64,000 nt of DNA from NCBI GenBank assembly GCA_963846525.1, contig CAWJWE010000014.1, positions 37,047 through 101,046 of the forward strand, written 5' to 3'. The translations under genes were made by a program, and so were the position numbers. Of this stretch, positions 38,565 through 50,689 are shown one piece after another. A model generated the notes under the pieces. It was not told the origin of the DNA, made no database searches, and saw only the letters and a program-made list of their open reading frames with translations. The stretch is from an uncultured Actinomycetota bacterium (GTDB lineage: Bacteria > Actinomycetota > Actinomycetes > JACCUZ01). Position 1 is the stretch's first letter. Every line of letters begins with the position of its first letter.

Positions 38565-38612
38565 CGGATCAGCCGGTCCAGCCCGCATCGTCGCGACGAC
38601 GCGAGCCGATGG

Positions 38613-38921
38613 TCACCCGGACCAGGCCCAGTAGGCCTCGCCGAGGCTGATGACCCCCCACCAGGCGACCGCCGCGACGACGGGCACGGCGAGCACGGCG
38701 TACGAGCCGCGCCGGGCCAGCCACACCGCGAGCCCGAGCAGGACGAGGTAGAGCAGCCACATGAGGTACAGCCACGGGCCGGGGACGAGCAGGCCCGAGG
38801 CGGCGTAGAAGAAGCCGACCGGCGCCATGGCGAGAAGGGCGACGACCGCGGCCGCGAGCCGGCCCTTGCCGGGGCTTTTAGCGGCGGTCCGGTGCTGGTC
38901 GGCAGAGGCGTCGGTCGTCAT
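38613..38921 (-). CDS. Small hypothetical membrane protein (3 TM).
   Basis: 102 aa 'LAAAVVALLAMAPVGFFYAASGLLVPGPWLYLMWLLYLVLLGLAVWLA'. Confidence 0.4.
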   Translation of the reverse strand: MTTDASADQHRTAAKSPGKGRLAAAVVALLAMAPVGFFYAASGLLVPGPWLYLMWLLYLVLLGLAVWLARRGSYAVLAVPVVAAVAWWGVISLGEAYWAWSG

Positions 38922-38981
38922 GACCGCAGCATCGCACCGACCACGTGGCTACGCGTGAGTACCCGGCCTACCCTCGGCCGC

Positions 38982-41900
38982 ATGACCAGCACGTCGGTGA
39001 CGTGCGCTCGCTGCGGGGCAACTCTCCCGCCGGCCGCGCGATTCTGCTTCGCGTGCGGTGCGGCGCTCCAGGTGGCGACCACCGGTGAGGTCCGCAAGAC
39101 GGTGACGGTGCTCTTCTGCGACGTCGTGGGATCGACGGCGCTGAGCGGGCGGCTGGACCCGGAGCTGGTGCACGCGCGGATGGAGCGGTACTTCAGCGTG
39201 GTGTCGCAGGCGGTCGTCCGGCACGGGGGGACGGTGGAGAAGTTCGTCGGGGACGCGGTGGTGGCGGTGTTCGGCGCGCCCGTGGTCCATGAGGACGACG
39301 CACTACGGGCCTGTAGCGCCGCCCTGGACGTGCTCGATGTGGCGGGAGTCCCGGTACGGGTCGGCCTGGAGACCGGCGAGGTGCTGGTAGGTGACGTGTC
39401 CCGGGGCGGCACGTTCGTGTCCGGTCCGGCAGTGAACCTGGCTGCCCGGCTGCAGCAGGCGGCCGGTCCGGCGGAGGTGCTGGTGGGTCCGGCCTGCCAC
39501 CGTCTGGTGCGCGACCGGGTGGTCGTGGAGGAGCGGCCCGGACTGCGGATGAAGGGCCTTGACACGGCGGTCGACGCGTTCCGGCTGCTGGAGACGCTGC
39601 AGAAGCCCGGCGCCGGGGCTGAGCTGCGGTCATTGGTCGGTCGGAGCCGCGAGCTGGCGTTGCTACGACAGGCATTCGACCGGGCGGCCGTCGACGGCAC
39701 CTGCCAGCTGGCGACCGTGCTGGGAGTCGCCGGGATGGGCAAGACGAGGGTCACGGACGAGTTCCTCGATCGGGTGGGTGGCGAGGCCACTGTGCTCCGC
39801 GCGCGTTGCCTGTCGTACGGCGAGGGCGTGACCTACTGGCCGCTGGTGGAAGCTGTGCGTCAGGCGGCGCACCTTGACGGTGCCGAGACCGAGGAGCTGG
39901 CGAGAGACCGGGTCGCGGCCCGGATGGGCGGCTCAGACGATGCGCGCGAGGTGGTGGCCAAGCTGGCAGCCGCCGCCGGGCTGGGTGGCCAGCCCGCCAC
40001 GGCTGACGACACGTCCTGGGCATTCCGGCGGCTGCTGACCGAGATCTCTCGGAAGCGTCCGGTCGTGCTCGTGGTCGAAGACCTGCACTGGGCTGAGGCT
40101 GGCCTGGTGTCTCTGCTCGAGGATGTGTGTACGTGGGTGCGTGACGCCCCCGTGCTTCTGCTGGTCAACGCCCGTCCCGAGTTCCTCGACGACAATCCCG
40201 CATGGGGGGCAGGCCAGGTCAACGGCGTGACGGCACTGCTGGAGCCACTTGCGTCTGACGAGCTGGCGGTCCTCACGGTGCAGATTCTCGACGGTCCGCT
40301 CCCTGCCGATGTCTCCACATGGTTGCGCGAGCAGTCAGGCGGCAACCCGCTTTACGTGGAGCACATGCTGGCCGTGCTCGTCGAGGAAGGCCTGCTGAGG
40401 CAGTCCGGTGGCGTGTGGACGACGGCGGGTGACGTGACGCGGCTGCCGATCCCGCCCACGATCTCTGCAGTGATCGCCGCGCGGCTGGACCGGCTGCCGG
40501 CCCACGAGCGCGCGACGCTCGGCGTGGCGGCGGTGGCGGGCCAGACCTTCTACCGGGACGCGGTCGCCGAGCTCAGCCCTGACGGCACCGACGTGACGGC
40601 GACGTTCGGAGCTCTGCTGCGCAAGGGTCTGGTCGTGCCGGCCGAGTCGGACCTTGTCGGGCAGCGCGCGCTGCGGTTCAGCCACGTCCTGGTTCGGGAG
40701 GCCGCTTACGCGGCGTTGCCGAAGGCCGTCGCGCCGGCTTGCACGAGCAGTTCGCGCGGTGGCTCGACAGGAGCGCGTCCGGACGCGCGGTAGACGACTT
40801 CGTCGGGGGCCACCTGGAGTCCGCATATCTCGCCCGCGCTGACCTCGGCGACCTCAGTGAGCCGACCCATTCGCTCGGCCGGGAGGCCGCAGCGCGTCTG
40901 GGTGCGGCGGCCCGGACCCTGGCCTTCGTGGACGACGAGGGTGCCGCGGCGCTGCTCGAGCGCGCGGACCGGCTGGTCCCGGAGGAAGGCCCGCTGCGCT
41001 GGCAGCTCCGCCTCGACCTGGCACACATGGGTCTCAATGGCGGTCCGCGGCTCGCGGCGGGGCGGCGGCTCGCCCTCTCGGTGCGGAATGCGGCGCGGGC
41101 ATCCGGGGACGACAGGTGGGCCACGATGGCAGAACTCATTCTCGGCCGCGCTCAGCAGGAGGCCTCACCGGAAGGAGCCACGGAGGAACTCCGCACCATC
41201 GCGGAGGCTGCCCTCCGAACGTACGCCGAGGATGACGAGCTCTGCCTGATGGCGCACGCGGCCCTGAGCGACGTCGCGTCCATGCGGGCCGATTCGATCT
41301 CCGCGGTCCGCGAGATGCGTGCCGCGGCGGTCCATGCCCGGAGGGCCGAACGGTCGGGCTGGGCCGAGATGCTGGAACTGGCCGGCACAGGTCTGATGAT
41401 CGAGGGGCCGCTGCCGTTGGAGGAATGCATGGCTGCGGCTAGCAGGCGATGGCGGACGGCGACGGCTCGGGTCGACCAGGCTGTTGGGGCGGCCCACACC
41501 GGGGCGATCGCGGCGATGGTCGGCGACCTCGGGTTGCAACGCGAGGCCTTTGCGTTCGCCGACGAGCTGGCGACCGAGATGAAGCTGCCCGTATTCCTGG
41601 GCATCTCCCGGTGCTACGCCACTTCGGTCCTCGGCCACTGGTCGGCTGCCGCTGCTGCGGTGGAGGACGCCATCCGCGACCTGCGCCGAGGCGGACATCT
41701 CTCGCGGCTCTCCACGCAGGCTGCCGTTCTGGCCGTTCTCCGGCTGCACCTCGGTGAGGTCCCGGCTGCCCGCGCCGCGCTGGAGGGGGCCTTGGAGACG
41801 ACATCCTCCGACGACGTGCTGACCCTGGCCCTTGCCGCCGGCGCGAAGGGATGGCTGGCAGCGCTTGACGGTGACCCGCCCACGGCCCGCAGCGAGATGC

Positions 41901-42100
41901 AGCGCGCATGTGCCGGCCTGGAGCAGGATCTGCTCACCCGGGCGTTCCTCCATGTCTCCTGCGCCGAGGTCGAGTCGTTGCTGGGCGACCCAGTCGCGGC
42001 TGCCGAGCACCAACGGCACGCGGTCGAGCTCTACCGACGGAAGGGCGCGACGGCCGCCGTCGCGCACCTGGAGGAGATCATGGCCGCGGCACCCGGATAG
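38982..42100 (+). CDS. Large regulatory protein with an N-terminal zinc-ribbon, a class III adenylate/guanylate cyclase domain, an AAA/NB-ARC ATPase and a C-terminal helical (TPR-like) region. Frameshift near 40735.
   Basis: 'CARCGATLPPAARFCFACG'. Cyclase domain 'VTVLFCDVVGSTALSGRLDPE...KFVGDAVVAVFGAP'. P-loop 'LGVAGMGKTR'. Continues as ORF 40739..42100 ('HEQFARWLDR...') after one extra 'c' in 'gcgccggctt'. About 1039 aa total. Confidence 0.8.
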
Positions 42101-42109
42101 CCTCTGCGG

Positions 42110-42893
42110 GTGCGCATCGCGAGGTTCACGACGGGTGACGGAGCGGCGTTCGGCGTCGTCGAGGGAGAGCGAGGACGCGCTGACCGTGCGCCGGATGGAG
42201 GGCCATCCGTTTGCGCCGTTCCAGCTGACCGGCGACCCGGTGCCCGTCTCCGACGTGCGGCTGCTGGCGCCGGTGCTGCCGAGCAAGGTGGTCGCGATCG
42301 GACGCAACTACGCGGAGCACGTGCAGGAGATGGGTGGCGGGGCCGACCTCGCCGAGCCGCCGGTGGTCTTCCTCAAGCCGTCCACCTCGGTGATCGGGCC
42401 CGGCGACGCCGTGCAGTACCCGGTCGGCATCTCCGGGCAGGTCGACTTCGAGGGCGAGCTCGCCGTCGTGATCGCCCGGCTCTGCCGCGAGGTGCCACCC
42501 GAGCGGGTGAAGGACGTCGTGCTCGGCTTCACCTGCGCCAACGACGTCACGGCCCGCGACCTCCAGCGCCGGGAGTCGCAGTGGGGGCGGGCCAAGGGCT
42601 TCGACACGTTCTGCCCGATCGGTCCGTGGGTCGCCACCGACGTCGACCCCACGGATCTCGCCGTCACCACCACCGTCAACGGCGAGCTGCGGCAGGCCGG
42701 CCGGACCTCGCAGATGATGCGCGGTGTCGACGAGCTGGTGTCGCACGTCAGCCAGGCGATGACCTTGCTGCCCGGCGACGTGATCCTCACCGGGACGCCG
42801 TCCGGGGTAGGTCCGCTCGAGGTCGGCGACGAGGTGAGCGTGACGATCGAGCAGGTCGGCACCCTGACGAACCGGGTCGTGGCCCGTGGCTGA
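42110..42893 (+). CDS. Fumarylacetoacetate-hydrolase (FAH) family protein, frameshift near 42165.
   Basis: 'MRIARFTTGDGAAFGVVEGE' (frame 2), then 'HPFAPFQLTGDP...VVAIGRNYAEHVQEMGG...GVDELVSHVSQAMTLLPGDVILTGTPSGVG' (frame 3). Sits next to gltX, as I recall for M. tuberculosis Rv2993c next to gltS. Confidence 0.8.
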
Positions 42894-44380
42894 GTCACCG
42901 AACGGGGACAGCCCGGTCCGTGCTGTCAGAGTGCGGGTCGCGCCCTCACCCGACCGGCGACCCGCACGTCGGCACGGCGTACATGTCGCTGTTCAACCTC
43001 GCCTTCGCCCGGCAGCAGGGCGGTCAGTTCATCCTGCGGATCGAGGACACCGACCGGGCCCGGTACGTCGCGGACAGCGAGCAGCAGGTGTTCGACACCC
43101 TGCACTGGCTCGGCCTGGACTGGGACGAGGGTCCGGACAAGGGCGGGCCGTACGCGCCGTACCGGCAGTCCGAGCGCACCGAGTCCTACCGGGTGCACGT
43201 CGACCGGCTGCTCGCCGACGGGCACGCCTACCACTGCTGGTGCTCCACCGAACGGCTCGCGCAGATGCGCGAGGAGCAGCAGAAGGCCAAGCTCCCCACC
43301 GGCTACGACCGGCTGTGCGTCGGCAAGACCCGCGACGAGCGGGCCGCAGCTGCCCGGCTTCAGCGAGAGCCCGGTCGTGCGGATGCTGGTGCCCGACGAC
43401 GTGCCACTGGTCTTCGACGACGTCATCCGCGGCGAGGTCAAGGCCCCCCGGCCGGACGACCAGGTCATCGTCAAGGCGGACGGCTTCCCGACGTACCACC
43501 TCGCCAACGTCGTCGACGACCACGAGATGGCGATCACCCACGTGGTGCGCGGCGAGGAGTGGATCTCCTCGACCCCCAAGCACGTGCTGCTGTACGACTG
43601 GCTGGGCTGGGAGCGGCCGGGTTCGCGCACATGCCGCTGCTGCGCAACACCGACAAGTCGAAGATCTCCAAGCGCAAGAACCCGGCGGCCCGGCTGACCT
43701 GGTTCCTCGAGCAGGGCTACCTGCCCGAGGCGCTGCGCAACTTCCTCGCGCTGATGGGCTACTCCCAGCCCGACGGCGAGGAGATCTTCACCTTCGAGGA
43801 CATGGTGCGCGACTTCGACTGGCACCGGGTGAACACCGTCGGGCCGGTCTTCGACCTGGACAAGCTGAACTGGCTCAACGGGCACTACGTGCGCGAGCTG
43901 TCCGTCGAGGACCTGGCCGGCCGGATCACCGATCACCTCGTACGACGAGGACAGCTGCCTGCCGAGCCGACCGCCGAGCAGCGCGCCCTGGTGCTCGCCG
44001 CCACCCCGCTGGTGAACGAGCGGATGCAGGTGCTCTCGGAGGCCGAGGGGATGCTCGCCTTCCTGCTCGTGGACGACGCCGACTTCACGGTCGACGTCGA
44101 CGACGCGGCCAAGGTGCTCACACCCGAGGCGCGGCCGGTGCTGGAGGCGACCGTGACCGCGCTCGGCGACCTCCCGTCCTGGACGACGGCCGACATCGAG
44201 GCGGCGCTGCGCACAGCGCTGGTCGAGGGCCTCGGGATCAAGCCGAAGCTGGCCTTCGGGCCGGTACGGGTGGCGGTGACCGGGCGACGCGTGTCGCCGC
44301 CGCTGTTCGAGTCCCTCGAGCTGCTCGGGCGCGACCGGTCGCTGGCCCGGCTGAGGGCCGCGCTCGAGGGCATCGCCGGC
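42886..44380 (+). CDS. gltX: Glutamyl-tRNA synthetase. At least three frameshifts and no in-frame stop found; the 3' boundary is approximate.
   Basis: 'VRVAPSP' (frame 1), then '[34 protein letters not shown]' (frame 2), then '[43 protein letters not shown]' (frame 3), then '[10 protein letters not shown]...[13 protein letters not shown]' (frame 2). Confidence 0.9.
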
Positions 44381-45402
44381 GTGACCGCACCCGTGACGGC
44401 AGGCGCCGACGGCCAGAGCGTCGGCGACTCCTTCCCGCGGCTGCTCCGGACGCCGCGCTCTGCCTGGTGGCGGCCGATCCTGGGGCTGGTGCTCGCGGCC
44501 GTCGCGGTGGTGCTGGCCGCCACGATGCTGATCGTGGTCGCGATGCTCGTGGCGCAGGCCACCGGGGGCTCGGCTGATGCCTCCGCGGACGACGCGCTCG
44601 ACCCGGACACCGCGCTCGGCCTGCTCGACGAACAACCTGGTGATCGCCCTGCTGGCTCCCGGCTGCGGTGCTCGCGGTCCTCGTCGTCCACCAGGAGCGG
44701 ATCGGCTGGCTGGCCTCGGTGACCGGGCGGGTGCGGTGGGGCCTGCTGTGGCGGCTGCTGGTGCTCGCGCTCGTGCTGGTGGTGGTGTTCTTCGCCGCCG
44801 GCTTCCTGCTGCCGAGCTCCGACGAGCAGGACGTGTCGGCGCCGGCCGCCGGGACGCTGCTCGGCCTGCTGGCGGTGATCCTGCTCACCACGCCGCTGCA
44901 GGCGGCCGCCGAGGAGGTCTGGTTCCGCGGGTATCTCACCCAGGCGGTGTCGTCCTGGGTCGCCCGGCCGGCGGCCGGGATCGCGATCGGCGCCGCGGTG
45001 AGTGCCGTCGGCTTCGCGCTGGCCCACGGCACGCAGGACGCCTGGCTGTTCGGTGACCGGCTCGCCTTCGGTCTCGTCGCCTCGTGGCTCGCCTGGCGCA
45101 CCGGAGGGCTCGAGGCGCCGGTCGCGCTGCACGTCGCGAACAACCTGGTCAGCCTGGCCTTCTCGGCCGCGACCGGCTCGCTGGACGAGTCGCTGTCGGC
45201 CTCGACGCTGGACTGGCAGTTCGCCGCGCTGGACGTCGCGATGATGCTCGCGTTCGCGTTCGCGGTCGACCGGCTCGTGGGGCGGCGCTGGCCCGCGGCC
45301 ACCCGGCGCGTTTTGTCCGGCCCCGGCGCGGTCGGCTATCCTGAGCAGCGCCCGCCCACCCCGCCGCCAGCGGGGCGCGAGATCCCTTGGGGTATGGGGT
45401 AA
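44381..45402 (+). CDS. CPBP-family intramembrane metalloprotease (CAAX protease / Abi-like), frameshifted near 44650. 5' boundary approximate, and the 3' end overlaps tRNA-Gln.
   Basis: TM N-terminus 'WWRPILGLVLAAVAVVLAATMLIVVAM', then ORF 44668..45402 with 'EEVWFRGYL', 'FALAHG', 'HVANN' motifs. Confidence 0.7.
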
Positions 45403-45459
45403 TTGGCAGCCCGACTGATTCTGGTTCAGTTAGTCTTGGTTCGAGTCCAGGTACCCCAG
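45388..45459 (+). tRNA. tRNA-Gln (anticodon CTG).
   Basis: Acceptor stem TGGGGTA/TACCCCA, anticodon stem ACTGA/TCAGT with loop TTCTGGT, T-arm GGTTCGAGTCC. CCA not encoded. Confidence 0.9.
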
Positions 45460-45537
45460 CAAGGCAGGCCGGCGGAGCAGTCCGCTACGGTTTCTGCTCG
45501 CGCGAGCCGCCCTCGGGGCGGGCAGCGCAACCATCGT

Positions 45538-45613
45538 GGCCCCGTTGTGTAGCGGCCTAGCACGCCGCCCTCTCAAGGCGGTAGCGCGGGTTCGAATCCC
45601 GTCGGGGCTACCA
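45538..45613 (+). tRNA. tRNA-Glu (anticodon CTC).
   Basis: Acceptor GGCCCCG/CGGGGCT, anticodon stem CCGCC/GGCGG with loop CTCTCAA, T-arm GGGTTCGAATCCC, CCA encoded. The gltX–tRNA-Gln–tRNA-Glu order matches what I recall for other actinobacteria. Confidence 0.9.
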
Positions 45614-45616
45614 CGA

Positions 45617-45645
45617 GAACCCCCAGGCCAGCGGCCTGGGGGTTC
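45617..45645 (+). terminator. Perfect 13-bp stem hairpin (gaacccccaggcc-agc-ggcctgggggttc) right after tRNA-Glu; a terminator candidate without a U-tract.
   Basis: Read directly from the sequence. Confidence 0.45.
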
Positions 45646-45790
45646 TGTGCGTCGTGGGTGGCCAGCCCTCCGTGGTCAACTGACCCAGCGAGGTCGGCGT
45701 GCGGCAGATTGTTACGGTTGTCCGATTGGTCCGAACCTAGGAGCGCCTCGCGCGTCCTTGATCATGACCTGCCAGCTACCCGAACGGGGA

Positions 45791-46663
45791 ATGCCTCAGA
45801 TGCGTCGCACCACCCTGACCACCCGCACCGCCTTCGCTACCGGCACCGCAGCAGTCGTGCTGGCGATTCTGCCCGCTGCCCTGCCCGTGCAGGCGGCCGC
45901 CGAGCCGCCGGTCACCTGCAACGGACTGGTCGCCACCATGCTCGGCACCCCGGGCGACAACACGATCACCGGCACCGACGGCGACGACGTCATCATCAGT
46001 CTCGGCGGAGCGGACACCATCGACGGCGCAGCCGGCGACGACACCATCTGCGCCGGGGACAACAGAGCAGCCGTCAACTCCACGACCAACCAGCCGGAGA
46101 AGCTCGACGTGGTGCACGGCGGGGCCGGCAGCGACTGGATCGACGGCGGTACCGGCGTCGACCGGCTGTACGGCGACGAGGGTGACGACACTCTCCAGGC
46201 CGGCAGTGCCACCTCCGAGGACGGCACGGTCGGGTCCGGCGAGGAGCAGAACGGCGGCTCCGGCGACGACCTGATCAACGGCAGCGACTCGACCGACACG
46301 ATGCGCGGCGGGTCCGGCGACGACCGGCTGCACGGGCTCGCCGGGGCGAACGCGATGTTCGGTGACTCCGGCGACGACGCGATCTGGGGCGGTCCCGCCG
46401 CGGACGACATCACCGGCGGCTCCGGCGCTGACAGCATCAAGAGCTGGGCCGGCGCGGACACGATGAAGGGCGGGACCGACGCCGACCGGCTGTACGGCGG
46501 CCGCGACGGAGACACCGTCACCGGCGGTGGCGGCGACGACTACCTCAAGGGTGCGCAGGGCGACGACGGGCTGTACGCCGGCACCGGCGACGACGTCATC
46601 CTCGGCGGCATCGGCCTCGACACCTGCCGCGGTGCCCAGCAGAAGATGGGCTGCAACCTCTAG
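45791..46663 (+). CDS. Secreted calcium-binding protein with RTX / hemolysin-type GGxGxD nonapeptide repeats.
   Basis: Signal 'MRRTTLTTRTAFATGTAAVVLAILPAALPVQAAAEP'. More than 12 repeats, for example 'GTDGDDVII', 'GGAGSDWIDGGTGVDRLYGDEGDDTL', 'GGSGDDRLHGLAGANAMFGDSGDDAIWGG'. Confidence 0.7.
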   Translation: MPQMRRTTLTTRTAFATGTAAVVLAILPAALPVQAAAEPPVTCNGLVATMLGTPGDNTITGTDGDDVIISLGGADTIDGAAGDDTICAGDNRAAVNSTTNQPEKLDVVHGGAGSDWIDGGTGVDRLYGDEGDDTLQAGSATSEDGTVGSGEEQNGGSGDDLINGSDSTDTMRGGSGDDRLHGLAGANAMFGDSGDDAIWGGPAADDITGGSGADSIKSWAGADTMKGGTDADRLYGGRDGDTVTGGGGDDYLKGAQGDDGLYAGTGDDVILGGIGLDTCRGAQQKMGCNL

Positions 46664-46693
46664 TCGCGAAGGGGGCAGCGACAAGGCACAATC

Positions 46694-46807
46694 GTGAAGG
46701 TGAGCAGCCGCCTCGTCGCCGTCCTGACGTTGCTCGGTCTCGTGATGACGATCCTGCTCGCGGTGCGCATGCTGCCGGTGGAGGCCATGCTCCTCTCCGG
46801 CCAGTAG
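46694..46807 (+). CDS. Possible small hydrophobic peptide (37 aa).
   Basis: GTG start; 'VKVSSRLVAVLTLLGLVMTILLAVRMLPVEAMLLSGQ' (a single TM-like segment). Weak SD. Not in the supplied track. Confidence 0.2.
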   Translation: MKVSSRLVAVLTLLGLVMTILLAVRMLPVEAMLLSGQ

Positions 46808-46811
46808 CGCC

Positions 46812-47616
46812 TCAGGCAGGCTGCCGCGCGGTCTTCGCGGCGGCCTGCCTGGGCGGCTGGGCCTGCTGCGGCGGCTGGGCCTGCCCGGCCTGCTGAGCCT
46901 GCTGCTGGTGCTGGAGCACCTCGCTGAGCTTGGCCGCGGCGGCACACACGATCTGCGCGTGCAGCCGGCCGGGCTGGCGGCTCAGCCGCTCGATCGGGTC
47001 CGGAGACCGACACGGCCGCGACGACGCGGCCAGCCGGCCCGCGCACCGGGGCCGACACCGAGGCGACCCCGGCCTCCCGCTCGCCCACGCTCTGCGCCCA
47101 CCCCCGGCGGCGGACCGCCGAGAGCGCGGTGGCGGTGAACTTCGCCTCGCGCAGCCCGCGGTGCAACCGGTCCGGCTCCTCCCAGGCGAGCAGGATCTGG
47201 GCCGCCGAGCCGGCCTTCATGGTCAGCGTCGCGCCCACCGGCACGGTGTCGCGCAGCCCGGTGAGCCGCTCGGCGCCGGCCACGCAGACCCGGCTGTCGC
47301 CCTGCCGGCGGTAGAGCTGGGCGCTCTCGCCGGTGATGTCGCGCAGCCGCGCGAGCACCGGGTTCGCCGCCTCGAGCAACCGGTCCTCGCCGGCGGCGGT
47401 GGCCAGCTCGCGCAGCCGGGGGCCGAGCACGAAGCGGCCCTGCAGGTCGCGGGCGACGAGCCGGTGGTGCTCCAGCGCGGTGGCCAGGCGGTGCGCCGTC
47501 GGCCGGGCCAGCCCGGTGGCGGCGACGAGGGAGGCCAGGCTGGCCGGACCGGCCTCGAGCGCTCCGAGAACGATGGCGGCCTTGTCCAGGACGCCGACTC
47601 CGCTAGAGTTGTCCAT
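46812..47616 (-). CDS. IclR-family transcriptional regulator divergent from leuCD (LtbR-like), frameshift near 46985.
   Basis: ATG at 47616 '[49 protein letters not shown]' (HTH), effector domain '...[22 protein letters not shown]'. After one extra base the correct frame reads '[27 protein letters not shown]...' to the TGA at 46812. Confidence 0.8.
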
Positions 47617-47682
47617 GTACCGATACTGCCGTCTCAGCCGTCGAGACGCAAGTACGGACCGTCTCACAGGGAGAGAACCAGA

Positions 47683-49126
<1,444 letters not shown>

Positions 49127-49127
49127 G

Positions 49128-49715
49128 ATGGAGCCGATCACCGTGCACACCGGGCGCGCCGTCGCGCTGCGCCGGTCCAACGTGGACACCGACCAGATCA
49201 TCCCGGCCGTCTACCTCAAGCGGGTCACCCGCACCGGCTTCGAGGACGGGCTGTTCGCGGCCTGGCGCAGCGACCCGGACTTCGTGCTCAACCGGCCGGA
49301 GCGGAAGGCGCCACCATCCTGGTCGCCGGGTCGGACTTCGGCACCGGCTCGTCCCGCGAGCACGCCGTGTGGGCACTGCAGAACTACGGTTTCCGGGTCG
49401 TGGTCTCCTCGCGGTTCGCCGACATCTTCCGGGGGAACGCCGGCAAGGGCGGCCTCGCTGACGGCCTGCGTGAGCCAGCCGGACGTCGAGCGGCTGTGGG
49501 ACTCCCTGGAGGCCGACCCGGCCACCGAGGTCACGGTCGACCTGGCCGCACGGACTGTTTCCTGGGCCGACCAGACCGTGCCGTTCGACATCGACGACTA
49601 CACCCGCTGGCGGCTGATGGAGGGCCTCGACGACGTCGACCTGACCCTGCTGCACGCCGACCAGGTGGCGCGATACGAGGCCGACCGGCCGGCCTGGCTG
49701 CCCACCACGGTCTGA
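49128..49715 (+). CDS. leuD: 3-isopropylmalate dehydratase small subunit, two frameshifts.
   Basis: '[43 protein letters not shown]' (frame 3), then '[47 protein letters not shown]' (frame 2), then back to frame 3 for the C-terminus. Confidence 0.9.
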   Translation: MEPITVHTGRAVALRRSNVDTDQIIPAVYLKRVTRTGFEDGLFAAWRSDPDFVLNRPERKAPPSWSPGRTSAPARPASTPCGHCRTTVSGSWSPRGSPTSSGGTPARAASLTACVSQPDVERLWDSLEADPATEVTVDLAARTVSWADQTVPFDIDDYTRWRLMEGLDDVDLTLLHADQVARYEADRPAWLPTTV

Positions 49716-49869
49716 CCGAACACCGAAATTCCCGACTCAAACCTGCGAACTCGTTGAGACACAACGGGAAAAGGGCCCGTCGGTGATTGTTTCGCGATCA
49801 CGTTGCGCCTAACGTCGCCCTCGAATCGAGCGACCGCTCGACAACCGCATCCGCAACAAGGGGTTCTAC

Positions 49870-50379
49870 GTGAACAAGGCTCAGCTGATCGACAAGCTGT
49901 CCACTCAGCTCGGCAGCAAGAAGGCCGCGACCGACGCCGTCGACGCTGTCGTCGACACCATCACCCGCGCCGTCGCGTCGGGTGAGCGCGTCGCCATCAC
50001 CGGCTTCGGCGTCTTCGAGAAGGTCGCCCGTCCGGCGCGCGTGGGTCGCAACCCGCGCACCGGTGCGGCCGTGAAGATCAAGAAGACCACCGTGCCGAAG
50101 TTCAAGGCCGGGCCAGGGCTTCAAGGACGTCGTCAGCGGCGCCAAGAAGCTGCCGAAGGCAGCAGTCGCCGTCGCGAAGTCGGCGACCGGCACGTCCGCG
50201 CCGGCCAAGAAGACGACGGCGAAGAAGACGACGGCCAAGAAGGCCACGGCCAAGTCGGCCGCCGGCCAAGCACGCTGGCGAAGAAGTCGCCGGCCAAGTC
50301 GGCGACGGCGAAGAAGTCCGCTGCCAAGACGCTCGCCAAGAAGTCCCCCGCGAAGAAGGCGACGGCGCGCAAGCGCTAG
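49870..50379 (+). CDS. hupB: HU / histone-like DNA-binding protein with a Lys/Ala-rich C-terminal repeat tail (mycobacterial HupB/MDP1 type), frameshifted twice.
   Basis: '[81 protein letters not shown]', tail '[33 protein letters not shown]'. Confidence 0.85.
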   Translation: MNKAQLIDKLSTQLGSKKAATDAVDAVVDTITRAVASGERVAITGFGVFEKVARPARVGRNPRTGAAVKIKKTTVPKFKAGPGLQGRRQRRQEAAEGSSRRREVGDRHVRAGQEDDGEEDDGQEGHGQVGRRPSTLAKKSPAKSATAKKSAAKTLAKKSPAKKATARKR

Positions 50380-50396
50380 TCCGCCGCTCGACGGGC

Positions 50397-50435
50397 GACG
50401 GGCCCGGGCACCCGCACAGGGCGCCCGGGCCCGTC
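50397..50435. terminator. 13-bp-stem hairpin (gacgggcccgggc...gcccgggcccgtc) between convergent hupB and the downstream minus-strand ORF; candidate bidirectional terminator.
   Basis: Read directly from the sequence. Confidence 0.45.
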
Positions 50436-50486
50436 CGCGTCCGCACTGCCATTCCCTCAGCGCGGGTGGTCACTGCAGGGTCGTCG

Positions 50487-50687
50487 TCACGTCAGGTCAG
50501 GGTGGCGATGGTGAGGAACGTGACCGCGTGGCCCGTCGACCTCGATCCGCACCCGCTGGCCGACCCGCAGCAGCCGGATCCGGCCGGCGTCGAAGGCGTC
50601 CCGGTCGTAGGGCAGCTCGACGCCGTCGTCGAGCAGCACCGTCCCCGAGCGGCTGCCCGGGTCGAAGCTGCGCACGGTCGCCTGCAC
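50487..50687 (-). CDS. Small hypothetical protein (66 aa), possibly an OB-fold / cold-shock-like.
   Basis: 'MQATVRSFDPGSRSGTVLLDDGVELPYDRDAFDAGRIRLLRVGQRVRIEVDG'. Could partly overlap the frameshifted cofC 3' end. Confidence 0.3.
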   Translation of the reverse strand: MQATVRSFDPGSRSGTVLLDDGVELPYDRDAFDAGRIRLLRVGQRVRIEVDGPRGHVPHHRHPDLT

Positions 50688-50689
50688 CC

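Noticed and set aside
45536-45790. A 5' extension of the RTX ORF back to 45536.
   Set aside because: It would run through tRNA-Glu and the terminator hairpin. The Met at 45791 with the signal peptide is the plausible start.
46694-46807. The Leu/Val-rich 37-aa ORF as a possible leucine leader peptide.
   Set aside because: It is downstream of, and convergent with, the IclR gene and not upstream of leuC. Composition fits a transmembrane helix rather than an attenuator leader, so it is kept only as a low-confidence small ORF.
50487-50687. The small ORF possibly being the frameshifted C-terminus of cofC.
   Set aside because: CofC already ends ('...LLLGVG') near 50700 at about the expected 214-aa length, and the small ORF sequence has no CofC similarity. 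It is kept as a separate low-confidence gene.
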